This document shows, one piece after another, positions 24,557 to 37,132 of a stretch of 64,000 nt of DNA. The DNA is from Carcharhinus longimanus. Lineage: Eukaryota. The notes under the pieces are model-generated. The model saw nothing but the letters and a program-made list of their open reading frames with translations. It was not told the DNA's origin and made no database searches. The position numbers were made by a program, and so were the translations under genes. The stretch covers positions 42,284,639-42,348,638 of the forward strand of contig JASCQW010000099.1 of assembly GCA_030264375.1 (NCBI GenBank), in the 5' to 3' direction. The stretch's first letter is position 1, and the number at the start of each line of letters is the position of its first letter.

Positions 24557-26014
24557 TGATGTTTTATTTCTGAGCCATCAAGCCTTGCTCTAATTTAGTG
24601 GTAATTTCTGACATTCTGAAACTCAAGATTCTTGACAAAGTTATACCATTGTTGACAATGCAGAACCTGTTGTCCATTACACTTGTATGACACAAGCACT
24701 GGAAATAGTGCTATTTAAATATTCAAAGATGCTCATTTAAAAACAAAATAAATCTCAATACGTACTCACCATGAAAACAAACAATTTTAGTTGCAACACT
24801 GAAATCATCAATAAATGCATTTACTCAAAAAAAAATCTCAGATTATGTACCTTGGACAGGAATCTGCTCTGGAACTGCAAGAGATTCATTAAGACTCTTG
24901 CTGCTCCTGAGCTCCATTAAACAAATCTATTTTGATGGCAATTAAATGACTTTTTAAATTTTAAAACATTCATTAATATTTACCTGGATTTTCAGAGTCC
25001 AGTGGTGCCATTTAAAAACGGCAGCAGGATCCGATTCCAGAATTCCAATCCCCACTCATGGAACCTTCAATTTCTGTGTGATAATGAATGCTGGCTGGCT
25101 CCCATTAGAGACATTGGCATCTCCTAGCCTCTCACAATTTAAGTGGACTTGAGCCAGATTCCCCATAATTTGTGGCTCATGGATCTCAGAGGAGTTGTGA
25201 ATCGTAGTTTGGATTCAGAAATGTTTTGAAAGGCAAGTTCAAAAGGTCTGACCTATGCTCACTTTTCATGCCATCTGTGTCAAAACCTATCCCCCACCAG
25301 CCTCAGATACCTTCCATGCCAATTCACCATTTTGTTCCCCTCAAGAAATATGAGTGCGTTCTTTTCACATATCATTGTTACTACAGAGTTCATCGGTTCT
25401 ATTCAGATTGCATGGACATGGAAAGTCCATGAGTTGACATGGGATTATAAGGGGTAATGAGTGAGGGGAGATTAGTTGGCATGGAGACTAGATGGGGAAT
25501 GACAGCGTAGGAGGAAGGATGGTCTAAAATGTAACCAAACAACTAGATTGAAGCAGGCCTATAATCAATTCACCTTAGACATCTCCTATCTGTTCCTGGG
25601 GAGAAATTGGCCCAACTACATTTTGCACTCGCTCCCCTGCAGTGACAATCGTTCCATTAAGAGCATACTCTACTGAGTCCGGTGTGGTGAAATGGAAATT
25701 GCCTGACTCAAGCTACCCACCTCAGTAGTGAAAATCATACTTGTGAGAAAGTATTGCTCCATTAATCACTTGCTTGTAAAAAAACCTTAAAAACCTTCTT
25801 GAATTGTGTCCCTATCTTGTTTTACATACTAGTAGTTGCATATCAGCATTACAGCTCTTAAGATACTGAGTTTTTGACCAAATTTTAAATTCTTGTTATT
25901 AAGATTACTGATCTCTGACCTAGAATGTTTGTTCTCCATTCTGCCTTTTTCAATTACATCTTGTATAATGCAGGCCTTTTTCACATTTTATAATCTTAGC
26001 ATTTTATTCCTTAC

Positions 26015-26885
26015 CTATGTTGGATAACCTCTAGATCTTCTAGTTTTTCCGGGATCTCCATGTTGTTCAGCCACTGCTCCTTTTCATCAATCCATAATTC
26101 ACAAGCATCTGCCTCACTGAACATCTTGTACTGCGACAGTGCATCCTGGAGAGCTTGTTTACGAAGCCGTGCCAGTTCTGTTAACTCCTTGTAACGTTCC
26201 TCAATATCAGTCAATCGACCTTCTATTTCTGGTGACTTATAATACTCATCAGGCAAACTTTGTCCCTGTTCATGTAGTGCATCAATGATTTGTCTGTAGC
26301 TAGCAATTTCCTCACCAACATCTTTGTGTTTCTTCACTAAGGCTTGAGTGGAGTATTCATCATGGCCAACATCATTACTGGAGACGATCCTCAGAATATC
26401 TAGCATCCACACATCAATATCATCACCATCAGCCTTAAACTGATGAACGTTAGCAGCTTCCTCCAGTCGCTTTTTCTGAACTGCAGACAGCTGCTCAAGG
26501 TGGGCCCACTGCTCCTGAATGTCCTTAATTCTCTCCTTAATCTTCTCTGATCCAAAGTGCTCCTCAGCTACCATCGCTTCACCTTCTTTTATGGTTTGTT
26601 GAAGAGGTCCACGCCGTCCACTCATTTCATCCTCAAATGCCTTGTGTTTACTGAGAAGACGAATCACACTAGTCAGATCCTTTCCATAGTCAGCTGATGA
26701 AAGTATCTGCTCTTTCTCCCGGATCCAGCCTTCTTCCTCTGCCATTTCCCAGAAAAACTTCCAGAGGCGCCGTGACTCTTCCAAACGAGCCCTTCGTTCA
26801 GCTGCCAGCTGACAAAGCTCTTGGTAACAGAATTCCAAGTGAGTCACACGATCACGAATAACTTGTGGGTCACATGGTTTATAAC
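26015..26885 (-). CDS. SPTBN1: SPTBN1 exon 14 (GYKPCDPQVIRDRV...KLEDLEVIQHR)
   Basis: Within ORF 26011..26949; cag|GT...AG|gtaagg; 871 nt. Confidence 0.96.
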
Positions 26886-27593
26886 CTGAAGAGGGAGAAG
26901 AGGAGAATGCTTCTTTCAACATGTTTATAAGCTTAAAAACAAAATCCAATTCAGTTTAGGTGCAAGCAGTAATACAGAGTCCATATGACAGCAGGAACTT
27001 CCACTATTCTTTATGGGTGATATGGTAAATAATTGTCCCAGTACCATTCTGCTCTGTTTTCTTTCAAGAGCTATACATCAAAAGCAGATTGAAAATGACA
27101 ACTGACCTGTTCGCAGGTTTACACCAATTTAATTCTTAACTGGGCAAAAAAATGACACATGAAAGTAGCCTGGGATGATTCTCCTTCCCTCCAACTTTCT
27201 GTTGTGTGCAAGTGAGTTATGCTGCTATGCTCCCAAATTATATTTTTCTGACATTTTACACTTTTCCCTCACTGCCATCTTGGCTGCAGGCAGTTGAGGC
27301 AAATTAGGGATTAACCCCTCTTCCGTGATGGATGTCAGTGGCACACCACATATGCCTTTTCCATCAAGAACTAAAATGCTATATAGTTTTTCATTGCCCA
27401 GTCTTCCTCCGGGGAACTTACGCATGTAACACTACCCAAACTGAGATTAGTTAACTGGTAAGGTTAGCTGTTGAGAACTTCCTGGTCTACACTGATCATT
27501 TAGTCTCAACGTATAGTGCACTTGCCCAATAAGCCATAACAGGAGCGCCCAAAATAATCGTGCTAAGGGAGAAAAAAAAAGCTTAAAACTTAC

Positions 27594-27747
27594 CATCGTC
27601 TTCAGAAGCAAATTTCTGAGCAGAAGCATTGACAACTTTCACTCTGTCAGCCTGAATAGCAATGTCAGCTTCAACCAATGCATGTTTCTGCAGGAGATCT
27701 TCAACACCAAGTAAATGTTTCCCATAGTCTTGTGATAGCAGTAGAAC
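27594..27747 (-). CDS. SPTBN1: SPTBN1 exon 13 ([51 protein letters not shown])
   Basis: cag|GTT...G|gtaagt; 154 nt. Confidence 0.95.
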
Positions 27748-27978
27748 CTGTAAGAATTTCAATAACTTCCATTAAGCATTAGGACAAAAGCAACATGAGG
27801 TGGTTATTACACATTGAAGAAGTTAGTAGGAAATAAATTTTAAACCATCTACTCTGGTATAAGTGCCATCAAAAATTATCGTTATAAGTTCTATGGTTTT
27901 TAACATATTAGTTATATCTTACACAAACAGAAGAAATTCCACAGTACATCTATATAACAGAAAAGTTGGTTTCTCTAC

Positions 27979-28281
27979 CTTCATTTCGTCCATCCAGTCC
28001 ATAATATACAGCATTTCCTGGAAAATCTTTTGTAAATTGAGATTCATTTCTAAACGATGACGACGAGCTCGCAGTAATTCCAGTAAATATTCCCACAGCC
28101 TGTAGACATTCTCTTTCCTTGCTGTGATGCGCTTGATGTCATGGTAGTTCTCTGCTTCTAGTTCCTTGGCCACAGCCACCACTGCCTGTACACGCTCTTC
28201 ATATGCAGCAATGTCTGTTTCAATAGCTTCATGCTTCTTAGTAGCAGCTTCCACAGCTGGGAGATCAAAACCAAAATTATC
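27979..28281 (-). CDS. SPTBN1: SPTBN1 exon 12 ([18 protein letters not shown]...DWMDEMK)
   Basis: Within ORF 27919..28290; cag|GAT...AAG|gtagag; 303 nt. Confidence 0.95.
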
Positions 28282-28526
28282 CTGCAGCACAAGAGTTAGA
28301 AGTCATATCAGATGATAGGATTTTTAAAAAAATTCAGGAAGATTGGTATTCTAGAGGTGGGGAGGTAATACAGGCGCTGTGAATAAAATATACATTTATT
28401 TTCAGAATCCTACTGCTAAAGGAGACTAAAAAGCCATAGAAACTTGAGCTTTAAATACTTTAAGTAGCTGTATGAACATCACACTATAAAACTCAATTTT
28501 CAAGTTGCTGCTTCAGGAAGGGATGT

Positions 28527-28627
28527 GGTTGAACACAAGATGTCCTCAATCTTCCCTGGATAACAGAGATTTTTAGTAATTTAGGGATGAGGAATAAGGG
28601 TTGAACACAAGATTTCCTCAATCTTCC
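28527..28627. repeat. 29-bp direct repeat pair
   Basis: ggttgaacacaagat(g/t)tcctcaatcttcc at 28527-28555 and 28599-28627. Confidence 0.85.
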
Positions 28628-29453
28628 TCCTCGACCACGAAAGTGAGAGTCTCCTTGCCACAACTCACCAATCAATAGTCAAGATAATATGCAGTTGCCT
28701 TGTCAGGGCATCTGCCAATGACGGTATGTAATTCAGTAATAGGGCAGTCTCACTCATCACCACGGCCTGGGCAGATTTAACCAGAAAGTTTGTACCATGG
28801 TGAGGCAGCTCATTTCTGGGATCAGGAATTCATCACGATGATGTATGTGTATTTTTACATTAGCATGGAAGTTCTGGAAGAGGGACATTGAACATTAAAT
28901 CCACAACCTCAGCTCCTCTCACTTTAGTGTACTAACATATTGCTGATGCCTGTTTGAGGGCAAATATTGACAGTTCTAATATTTTGCACTAAATTCAGTG
29001 GCAGAAAGATCTCTGGAGGTGCTGGAAGCACCTGATGCTGTCTCCTTTACAATTGCCATTGCAGCACTGGCTGTGCATTTGTTCCGAATGCAATATCAAT
29101 GTTAAAGTCTGCACTCTGTCTGTTTTCATACTTGTATTCATATCTAACTGTCTCCAGTTGCACTGAAGTTTTGCTAAACATAGCTAATGATTATTTCAAT
29201 TATAAGCAAATCAGTAAGCTCTTCATACTTTCAAAATTATACTGTGTACAAGCAGCTGTATGAAATCAATATATGAATTGGAAAGACAGTATTAGCCTTG
29301 CAGCGTTCACCTTCATTTTTTTTGCATTACTGTAGTCTTGAATTCTCAGCAATATGAAAAGTACATGATATCTTGATAGTTTCACATAGAAAATCAGTTG
29401 ATTTAAAACCAAAATATTATTCCTAGTCATTGAAAAATTAGCTGAAGCTTTAC

Positions 29454-29612
29454 CTGAGAAACAAGCCGCTGGTTCTCACTTAGCCAGGTTTCCCTCATAG
29501 CAGCTTTACGGTCAAATCGACGCGCAAGTTGTTCCAGCTTCTCTTGCCTGATCAGCTCAGTTCTTAACGCCAGTTCTCGCTCATGTTCAGCCTTTTCCAG
29601 TCGTTCCCAGGC
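29454..29612 (-). CDS. SPTBN1: SPTBN1 exon 11 ([53 protein letters not shown])
   Basis: cag|GCC...CAG|gtaaag; 159 nt. Confidence 0.95.
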
Positions 29613-30028
29613 CTGTGAAATTAGTATTCAGTAATTTGATAACAGGTTCATGAATTAATTGCTCACTGAAGTGTATGAAAATCAAAATTAATTATATCTA
29701 TGTTTTTCCATTAAAATTTAGATTATCTATATTAGATAAGAGATTGAAAGTGGAAAATGGTTGAAGCTTTTGTTAATTTTTAACCCAGCCATGTGGGGGC
29801 AGATTCTGAACATCAACAAACAGCGGTTGCAAGAAGCTATAGAAACAAATGTCAAAAGGAGAGACAGAAGCATGTCCAAATTGTCATCAATACTGAAATT
29901 CTACGAGATATACAAATACTGCTAGGACTCTGTATAACAAGGATCTCTTTAGGGAAAAAGGCGAAAATTTCATGTCTCTGTAGGAAAATTATGGGGGTGG
30001 AGTTAATCAATAAAACATGAAAGGGAAA

Positions 30029-30269
30029 GCATGATGCTTAGAGGAAGCGATTCTGGGCAAGTTTTCTTTCAGTCTCCTGTGGCTGCTCAGTGAGTCATGT
30101 TTTATTGAAGAAGCAAAATTAAAAATCACTTTTTCATCCAAGGGTAGTGCATGATGCTTAGAGGAAGTGGTTCTATGCAAATCTTCTTTTGGTCTCCTGT
30201 GGCTACTCAGTGAGTCACATTTTATTAAAGAAGTGAAATTAAAAATCACTTTTTCACTCGAGTAGTGCA
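30029..30269. repeat. 120-bp tandem duplication (2 diverged copies)
   Basis: gcatgatgcttagaggaag...aaattaaaaatcactttttca starts at 30029 and again at 30149. Confidence 0.9.
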
Positions 30270-30478
30270 AATGTACAACAGTCTCTCCAAAAAAGACTTA
30301 GTGCTGGGTCAACTGAAATTTTTAAGATTGAGACTGAGAAATGCATTAGGTTTCAAGAGGAACATAGATCAAAAGGTGAGTCTGCTATGATTTAACTGAA
30401 TAACAAAACATGTTCAAGGTCCCAGTGGCCTACACCTCTTCCTAGGCGTTAAACCAAGTAGCATCAGAGGCAATTACT

Positions 30479-30755
30479 GGGATTTTACCACCTCGCCCGC
30501 CCGAGGCTCGTAAGATCCTGCCCGAGGCCAACGGAGAATGCCGTTCTGCGAGCCTCGCCACCTGATTGAAAATTACTTTATTTAATTACTGGGTTGAAAC
30601 CACTGGTTGAGTTTTAAAAGACTTAAGTCACTGAAATGCTGTTGTTCAAACAGCAGTTTCTATGATGGTAAAACATTAATATAACTGCAGCTGCTGTGAA
30701 TGGAGATTTGGCTAAGTACCAAATTCTCCATTCACGCTGACTGGAGAATTCTGCC
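30479..30755. mobile_element. Short MITE-like element
   Basis: gggattttacc at left, ggagaattctgcc at right, and an internal imperfect hairpin at ~30696-30735; similar termini to other MITEs here. Confidence 0.4.
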
Positions 30756-31328
30756 ATTGGAGCTAGACTATCTAGATGAACCTACCAGAGACAATTACCT
30801 TAGAAGAATTTAATGGCCCATCTCCTAAACCATTCACAAAATATACGGCCAATCACTTGTGTACTCTGTATTAAATTAGGTGTAGAACAATTCATTAGAC
30901 ACAATCAGTTTTGACAACGAACCCTGTCTGAGCCATAATCTAACCGTGTCTATATTATGGACCTGGAAACAACTTGATATGGTTATGGTTGCTTAACTGG
31001 CCAATTGGTCAGATGGGATCACTTGATGAGTCAACTAACCCTCTTTTTTATTATATAAAACTGCTTTTCTCTATGCCAGATAAACACACTGAACTGGCAC
31101 GCATACTCTTTTTAAAAAACTTGCGGTCATGCGATGAGAGCACAGGAACAGTTGTGTTTTCACGATCTCTGACACTACTCATCTTTCAATCTTCTCTTTT
31201 ATCCTAATACATGATCTATAATTAGTTGATCTTGATATATTGTGTTGCTCTTGTGTCTTTAAAAGTGTATTTTTTAAATCACGATCTCTGCAGTTTGTAA
31301 GCATGGGTTTGTTTTTGGTATCATTGCT

Positions 31329-32040
31329 GTGATGTCTATTGAAGGCATATAATGAGCCTTTTGTTTATTTTTAATCAGGGCCTAATGCAATGTCCTGGAG
31401 TTTTACAAGTTTTACAACCCTTTTGAATTGTTGGGGGAAGACCGATTAATAGGTCAAGGTTAGCTGGTTCATTTACAGAGGAATCAAAGATTCACTTTTT
31501 GTTTGGCTAATTAGAAGCTGTCAGTTTCTGTTAGTGTTTCTCCCTGGAATTAGAAATTTAACACTTGGTGGCTAGCTGGCTAGTAACTAGAGACAAGGAA
31601 TGCCTCTATCTCTTTAAGCGTACCAGGGTTTGAAGGCCTCAGTGTTTTCAACTCATCATCCAAAGGATTAAACCACAGAGTAGGTGGAAAACTGCAAGAT
31701 CCAACATCACGTGAGCATATTTATTTTCTGTGCTAAACCAAAATCAGGTTCTATGTTTGTAAGAATATTTGTGTTGGAACAGTATTCATAGCTGGTAAGG
31801 TTTACACAATATCATGGTTTTTTCTCTTGATTGTAATTGGTAAAAAGTTATTGCTAATTTCCAATGCTTTAACTGTATTTTTAAATAAATCTTGTTTGAC
31901 AAAAGCTCCCTAGTGGGTCATTTGAATCATATATGGAGTGAAACATCTTATACTTACCCTTGCCGAAATTCAAAGTGCAAAACTTATAGTCCAGACTGTC
32001 TTCATAGAACACCTTGGAGTTTCTGACCTGGGTTATAACT
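31329..32040 (+). mobile_element. Possible solo LTR
   Basis: TG start, AATAAA near 31884, U5-like end ...ctgacctgggttataac; pattern recognition only. Confidence 0.35.
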
Positions 32041-32059
32041 ATATGTTATGCAACATTTG

Positions 32060-33520
32060 TGGAGGATCCTTGTTAATTTTTTTGACTGCCAGGAGTCAAA
32101 TTGGATCGAAGAAATCCTTATTTGTGTGATGTGGTTGGAGCTGACATGGGTGGAGCCCAATATGCAGTGACAACACCCGCAGGTGGACAGACCTATGCTC
32201 AGGTGGTACTGTTGGCGCCAAGTTGAAAATTAGTTTAATGAATGAAAATGTGGAAGAGGCATTCTGTTCCCCGGCACAGATTACAAGCATTCACAATAAT
32301 AAACTAGGAGATACCCTAGAAAGAATAAATGGTGCGGAGGTAATCGTCCTTTCAGTCGAGAGGGAGGTTTCCTCAGTGAAGGCTCATATTTGGTGCCTGG
32401 AAACCTGTTACATGGTGTGTAGGACATCCAATTTAAGTCGGGTGAGGTGATGACCTGACAAAGACTGCCTGTGAACTAATTCCCTGAAAGTGGAGGATTC
32501 CTAGCTGATTTTGAGGGCTGCCTGCCATATTTTTGTGATCTTGATTTGAGGACTGGGTGTCTTAAGTCCTGCATGTTCCTCAGCAGTTGTGGCTTTGGTC
32601 TTTGCCAGCTCCATGGATGGCTAGGGTTCATCGTTGATCCTGGACTTTGTTCCCTTACGATTTTGCTCCTGATTATGTGATGTTGAATTTTGTGTCCTTG
32701 CTGATGGCTCTTCCGTTGATGAGCTCCAGCAGTGAGGAGGGGTTTTCCAGCCAGAGGCCGTCTTCTTTCCTTTTTATTTTGTCAGGAAACGCTCCAAGTG
32801 AGTTGTGCATCTTGCAGATTCTACGATACATGTTTCATTGTTTTTCTGTGTGCTGTAAATTCTTGCATTTGCATGGGTGGATTACATTCTTTTGCAGTAC
32901 CCTTTGTTTTAGTTATAGAAAAGATGAGTAGGCCACAGCAGAGTGGTGGATGGATGGTTAGATGTAGACGTAGTTGGTATGGCTATAAGTCCTCATTTTA
33001 GGTGAGATGGCCCTTCATTAGAACTACTGGTGTTGCATTTTTCGTTGGTCATTCTGGGTCCAGGAAAACCTGTGCTTGTCCAATGGTGGTGCAGATAGAC
33101 TACATGTTCTGGAGTGGACTGGATTTCTTTTCCTTACCACTGACACTTCTGGTTGGTGGGACTGTTGGAGAGGTGTGTGATGGTTCAAGCCCAAGCGTGG
33201 ATAGGTCTTTGAGTCTAGAGTTTCTATTTTATTGCTCTGTGAAGGGGAATGCACCAGAATGCCACATTCGTGGTCTTATCCTGTCCTCCTGATTCCCCAT
33301 GCTTTTTTCTGTTGAGTCCTTCCCATACAGGAGAAGGTGATGACCATAATGGCAGAGACTGTGATGTCTGATTCTTTTAATTATTTTCATTGATCTATGC
33401 TGGTCTTCTCCATGTATATATGTGAAATGATCGTTTTATGCTGTGCTGAATCCTGACACTTTGTTGTGCATCATACTGAATATAATCTTGAAAATACTCA
33501 ATAAAAATATTATTAAAATG
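32060..33520 (+). mobile_element. Degenerate L1-like remnant
   Basis: Coiled-coil-like fragment (ORF 32223..32450), T-rich decayed body, ends tcaataaaaatattattaaaa. Confidence 0.3.
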
Positions 33521-34268
33521 AAAACCTGTTGCAGTCACTTCACCCAATTATAACAGAACGGCTGTGGATGCACTGAAATAGAGACTCAGGATCTGATCGT
33601 TTTGAGATGGGTGCTGAGATGGACTCTAGTAGTATTTTGAGGAGATGACAGATCAGATAGGTCAGAAGATACTGACAGTGGACAACATGCACAGCTTTTA
33701 ATATAACACAGAATCACAGATTTTTAAAAAACACAAACATTAGAAGAAATGTTACTCTCCAATGCTATCATGGATCCAACTTTTATCTATTCTTGGGGAT
33801 AAATTTTACACTCCTAAGCCCCATCACTACATATTTGTAGATGGGAAGGACACATAAAATGAAGCAGGTATCCAGCCCACCCCTAGCAAGTTACCCATAT
33901 TACAGTGGGCGGGTAAGACAACAGGTAGCCAACCCATCCTTTGACCTATCAAGTCCNNNNNNNNNNGACAATTCACTGCCACTGAAGGGCCTCAGTCCAC
34001 CTCTGCCACAGTTTTTCAGCTTGTGAGGAAAGGTGAATGCAAGGCAAGCAACCCTGCAACTAAGACAGTGCTGGCCGATGCCTAGCAAGATGAGGTGATG
34101 CTCTATGGGCAGTCCCTCTTGTCATTGGGGGCATCCCATCTACCCTCAAGGTGATAATCTCGCTTTGTCCTCTCCCCCACACCCAGTGTTCCCCCACCCA
34201 CCAGCCACTCAAAGCTGAAACCACCCCTCCCCCCCCCCAGCTACTCAATCCTCAGCCATCCCCATAAG

Positions 34269-34541
34269 GGGAGCACAGTGACACAGTGGTTAGCCCTGCC
34301 TCCTAACAGTGCCAGGGACCTGGGATCGATTCCTGGCTTGGATCACTCTGTGTGGAGTTGGCACAATCTCCCCACGTCTAGGCGAGTTTCCTGGCTCGTC
34401 TTAGTTAGGTGGATTGGCCATGCTAAAATTCTCCCTCAGTGTACCCGAACAGGCGCTGGTGCGTGGCAACTAGGGGATTTTCCACATAATTTCATTGCAG
34501 TGTTAATGTATGCCTGCTTGTGACACTAATAAATAAACTTT
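34269..34541 (+). mobile_element. HE1/V-SINE-type SINE
   Basis: cacagtgacacagtggttagccctgcc...gggatcgattcctggcttgg...gttaggtggattggccatgctaaa...aataaataaacttt. Confidence 0.85.
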
Positions 34542-35699
34542 GAAACACTCTAACCTCAATCCCCAACCCCACCCCCTTACTGGGGCCCCCCAGCCCTGGC
34601 TACCTCCACCCAAAATTTCTGAAATCCAGCACATCTTCAATTTCACTATTTCTAGTCCCTATAGTGGCCACTATTGTTTTCTGGTATTGCTGGAACTATG
34701 GCATTGCTCAGACTCTAGGTTGAGACTTTCTGTCCCTGAGGGGTGGAAATCCCACTCTGCACTATTTAAGGCTGCTTTGTGTTAGAGAACTTCAAAATAC
34801 TTTGGGATTTCAAACACTGTTCAAGACTATTAGAACTGAGTGGGTTAGCTTAGGATAAGAATCACAGACTGCCTTATATATATTTTATAAAGGAAATATC
34901 TTTCCTTTATAAAATATATATAAGAAATGTCTGCATAGAAATAAATTTAACCACAATTAGAGAATTTAAACATGTATTTTTGAACGTGTATTATTGAACA
35001 AGCATACATCTTGGCTAACAGCACAGGATTCTAGGGCATCATGGGAAATAGGCCAGTAAAGTGAACCACATTCCTTCTAACAATACACCCATAGAAATAT
35101 AGCTCTTATCAGCATGGGTACCAGACAGCTCATGAATGAGACATTCATTAAGCAAGGACAAGCTAGTGGTTCCAGACAGCTTCATGAATAGGCCAGATAG
35201 GAGTCCAGGACAGGTGGCCATGGGAAAGAAACTGCTAGAACATGTCGTTTCCATGCTGTCAGAGAATCTCTGCAATTGGCCAAGGTATGTAACATTTACT
35301 AATGATGATTGACCTGTTCTAATGATGATTGGCTCATGATGAGCCAAAAGACAGGTAAAAAGTCTTTTGGAAGTTGTATAATTGTATTGCCACTGTGATA
35401 AACTTGAGAGAAGAGTTGGATAGCTCAGCCCTCCTCTCCCAATAAAGAAACATCTTGCATCAGGACACTATAATCACAAGACTGTGTATTAGCTAAAGTT
35501 AAGCGCAATACTTAACTTCTAAAAAAACTTCTACACTTGTGTGCGTTAAAGCTTTCTGGGGCAGCTAAACTTGACGTTTACAAGGTGCAAAGCAACTACT
35601 GGGTCCGGGGGAGGTAATCTGTGCCCACTCACCACCATAAAACACACCCTCTGATCTATTTTTGATTCCTTCTCATGTTCAGTTTGCCCCTGCTCTATG

Positions 35700-36432
35700 T
35701 TTTCCATTCTAAGATACCATTTGGAAATGCAGCAAGACAGTACATGCTGAATAGTATGTTTTTTAAAGGGGGTGCAAGGAGAGAGAGACCTGGGACTGTT
35801 CATGCACAAATTGTTAAAGTTAACACAGCAGCTAATAAAGGATCTGGTATAATAGGAGCTTGGGCTTTGAAAAAAGCAGTGTACAAAAACCAGAAAATTA
35901 TGCTAAACCTTCATGAGACACTAGTTCAGTCTTAGCTGGAGTATTGTGTCTAATTCTGGATACTGTCACTTTAGGAAGGTCATGAAGAATTTGGAAAGGA
36001 CACAGTGATTTACTAAAATGATTCCAGGGATGAAAAGTTGCAGTTACTTGGATAGACTGGAGTTGCTCGGGTGCAGTGAAGGTTATATGAGATTTGTTTG
36101 AGGTGTTTAAAATCATGCTAGGTGGAGATAAGTAAATAAAAGAGAACCTATGTCCAATGGCTCAAAGGTCAATGAAGCAGGGGGCACAGATTTAAAATGA
36201 TTGCCAAAGAATCAGAAGTCATGGGAGGAAAACATTTATACATCACAAATGGTTAGGATTGGGATACACTGTCCACAGATTCAAAAAGGCACTGGATAAA
36301 TATGTGAAGGAGAAAATTGCAAGGATATAACAGAAGAGTGAGAGGGTGGTACTGATATGATCGATCTTTGAAAGAGCTAGTGCAGGCTTGATGAGCCAAA
36401 TGGCCTTTTTCTGTGCTGCACCAATCTATGAT
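35700..36432 (+). mobile_element. CR1 LINE 3' fragment, degenerate
   Basis: agctggagtattgtgtctaattctgg motif (LEYCV.FW) and the CR1 3' UTR gagccaaatggcctttttctgtgctg...tctatgat. Confidence 0.8.
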
Positions 36433-36625
36433 ACTATTTATAAACATACTTAGCTGATGTCTCCTCTCAACTGACATTCAGAAACCAGGAGAAAATAACC
36501 ACTAGTTCTACTTAAGGGATGTTGCTGTTCAGTTGAGTGCGGTCGTGAGGCCAGCTTAAACTATCACAAACATGACATTTTGTTCAATGAGAAAATAATT
36601 TAGAACAAACATTTTTCATGATTAC

Positions 36626-36743
36626 CTTGTTGATATCTGAGATGAGTTTGCCTTCTCTTGGCATGTACACTTTCTGATTGTTTGCTCTCATTTTGCTTTG
36701 AATGGTGAAAAGCAATACTTCAAGGTTTCCCTTTTCTGTAAAC
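36626..36743 (-). CDS. SPTBN1: SPTBN1 exon 10 ([39 protein letters not shown])
   Basis: tag|G...AAG|gtaatc; 118 nt. Confidence 0.95.
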
Positions 36744-37060
36744 CTATATTAGAAGAAATATCAGATAGCAGCCAAATCATTTTATGTATTATACTATAAA
36801 ATAATAAAAATTTCATATGCTTTTTAATCAATGGGTGAAGCAACAAGTTCAATAGTGATACAACTAGCTTTGTCAATTCCAGAAAAATTGCACCTGGTGC
36901 ACGTGGAATGAGCTTAAATCGGTTCTCACGATGACAAGAAACAAGACTGGACTCGGGAGGAGAATCAGAATTGCCCTTTTGTGCTTGCTTTGGATCAGAT
37001 AACATTCCGCTTTAATTAACAAACAGCAGGTACCACTTGCACTCAGGCAACCACCATCTT

Positions 37061-37132
37061 CACAGTGACACAGTGGTCAGCAATGCTGCCTCACGTGCCA
37101 GGAACCCGGGATCGATTCTGGCCTTGGGTGTC
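37061..37132 (+). mobile_element. HE1-type SINE head fragment
   Basis: cacagtgacacagtggtcagcaatgctgcctcacgtgccaggaacccgggatcgattctggccttgggtg. Confidence 0.75.

Noticed and set aside
28527-28627. CRISPR-like pattern: 29-bp repeats with a 43-bp spacer
   Set aside because: Only two copies, no cas genes, inside a vertebrate intron; a local duplication explains it.
30080-30270. Possible intronic C/D-box snoRNA pair on the minus strand (CTGA present; short ctactc/gagtag stem in one unit)
   Set aside because: No consensus C box (RUGAUGA) in either unit and no recognisable rRNA guide.
34269-34340. tRNA-like sequences (also near 5165-5237, 37061, 39920-39977, 51944, 63540-63612)
   Set aside because: These are SINE heads that run into the V-domain body; no intact cloverleaf.
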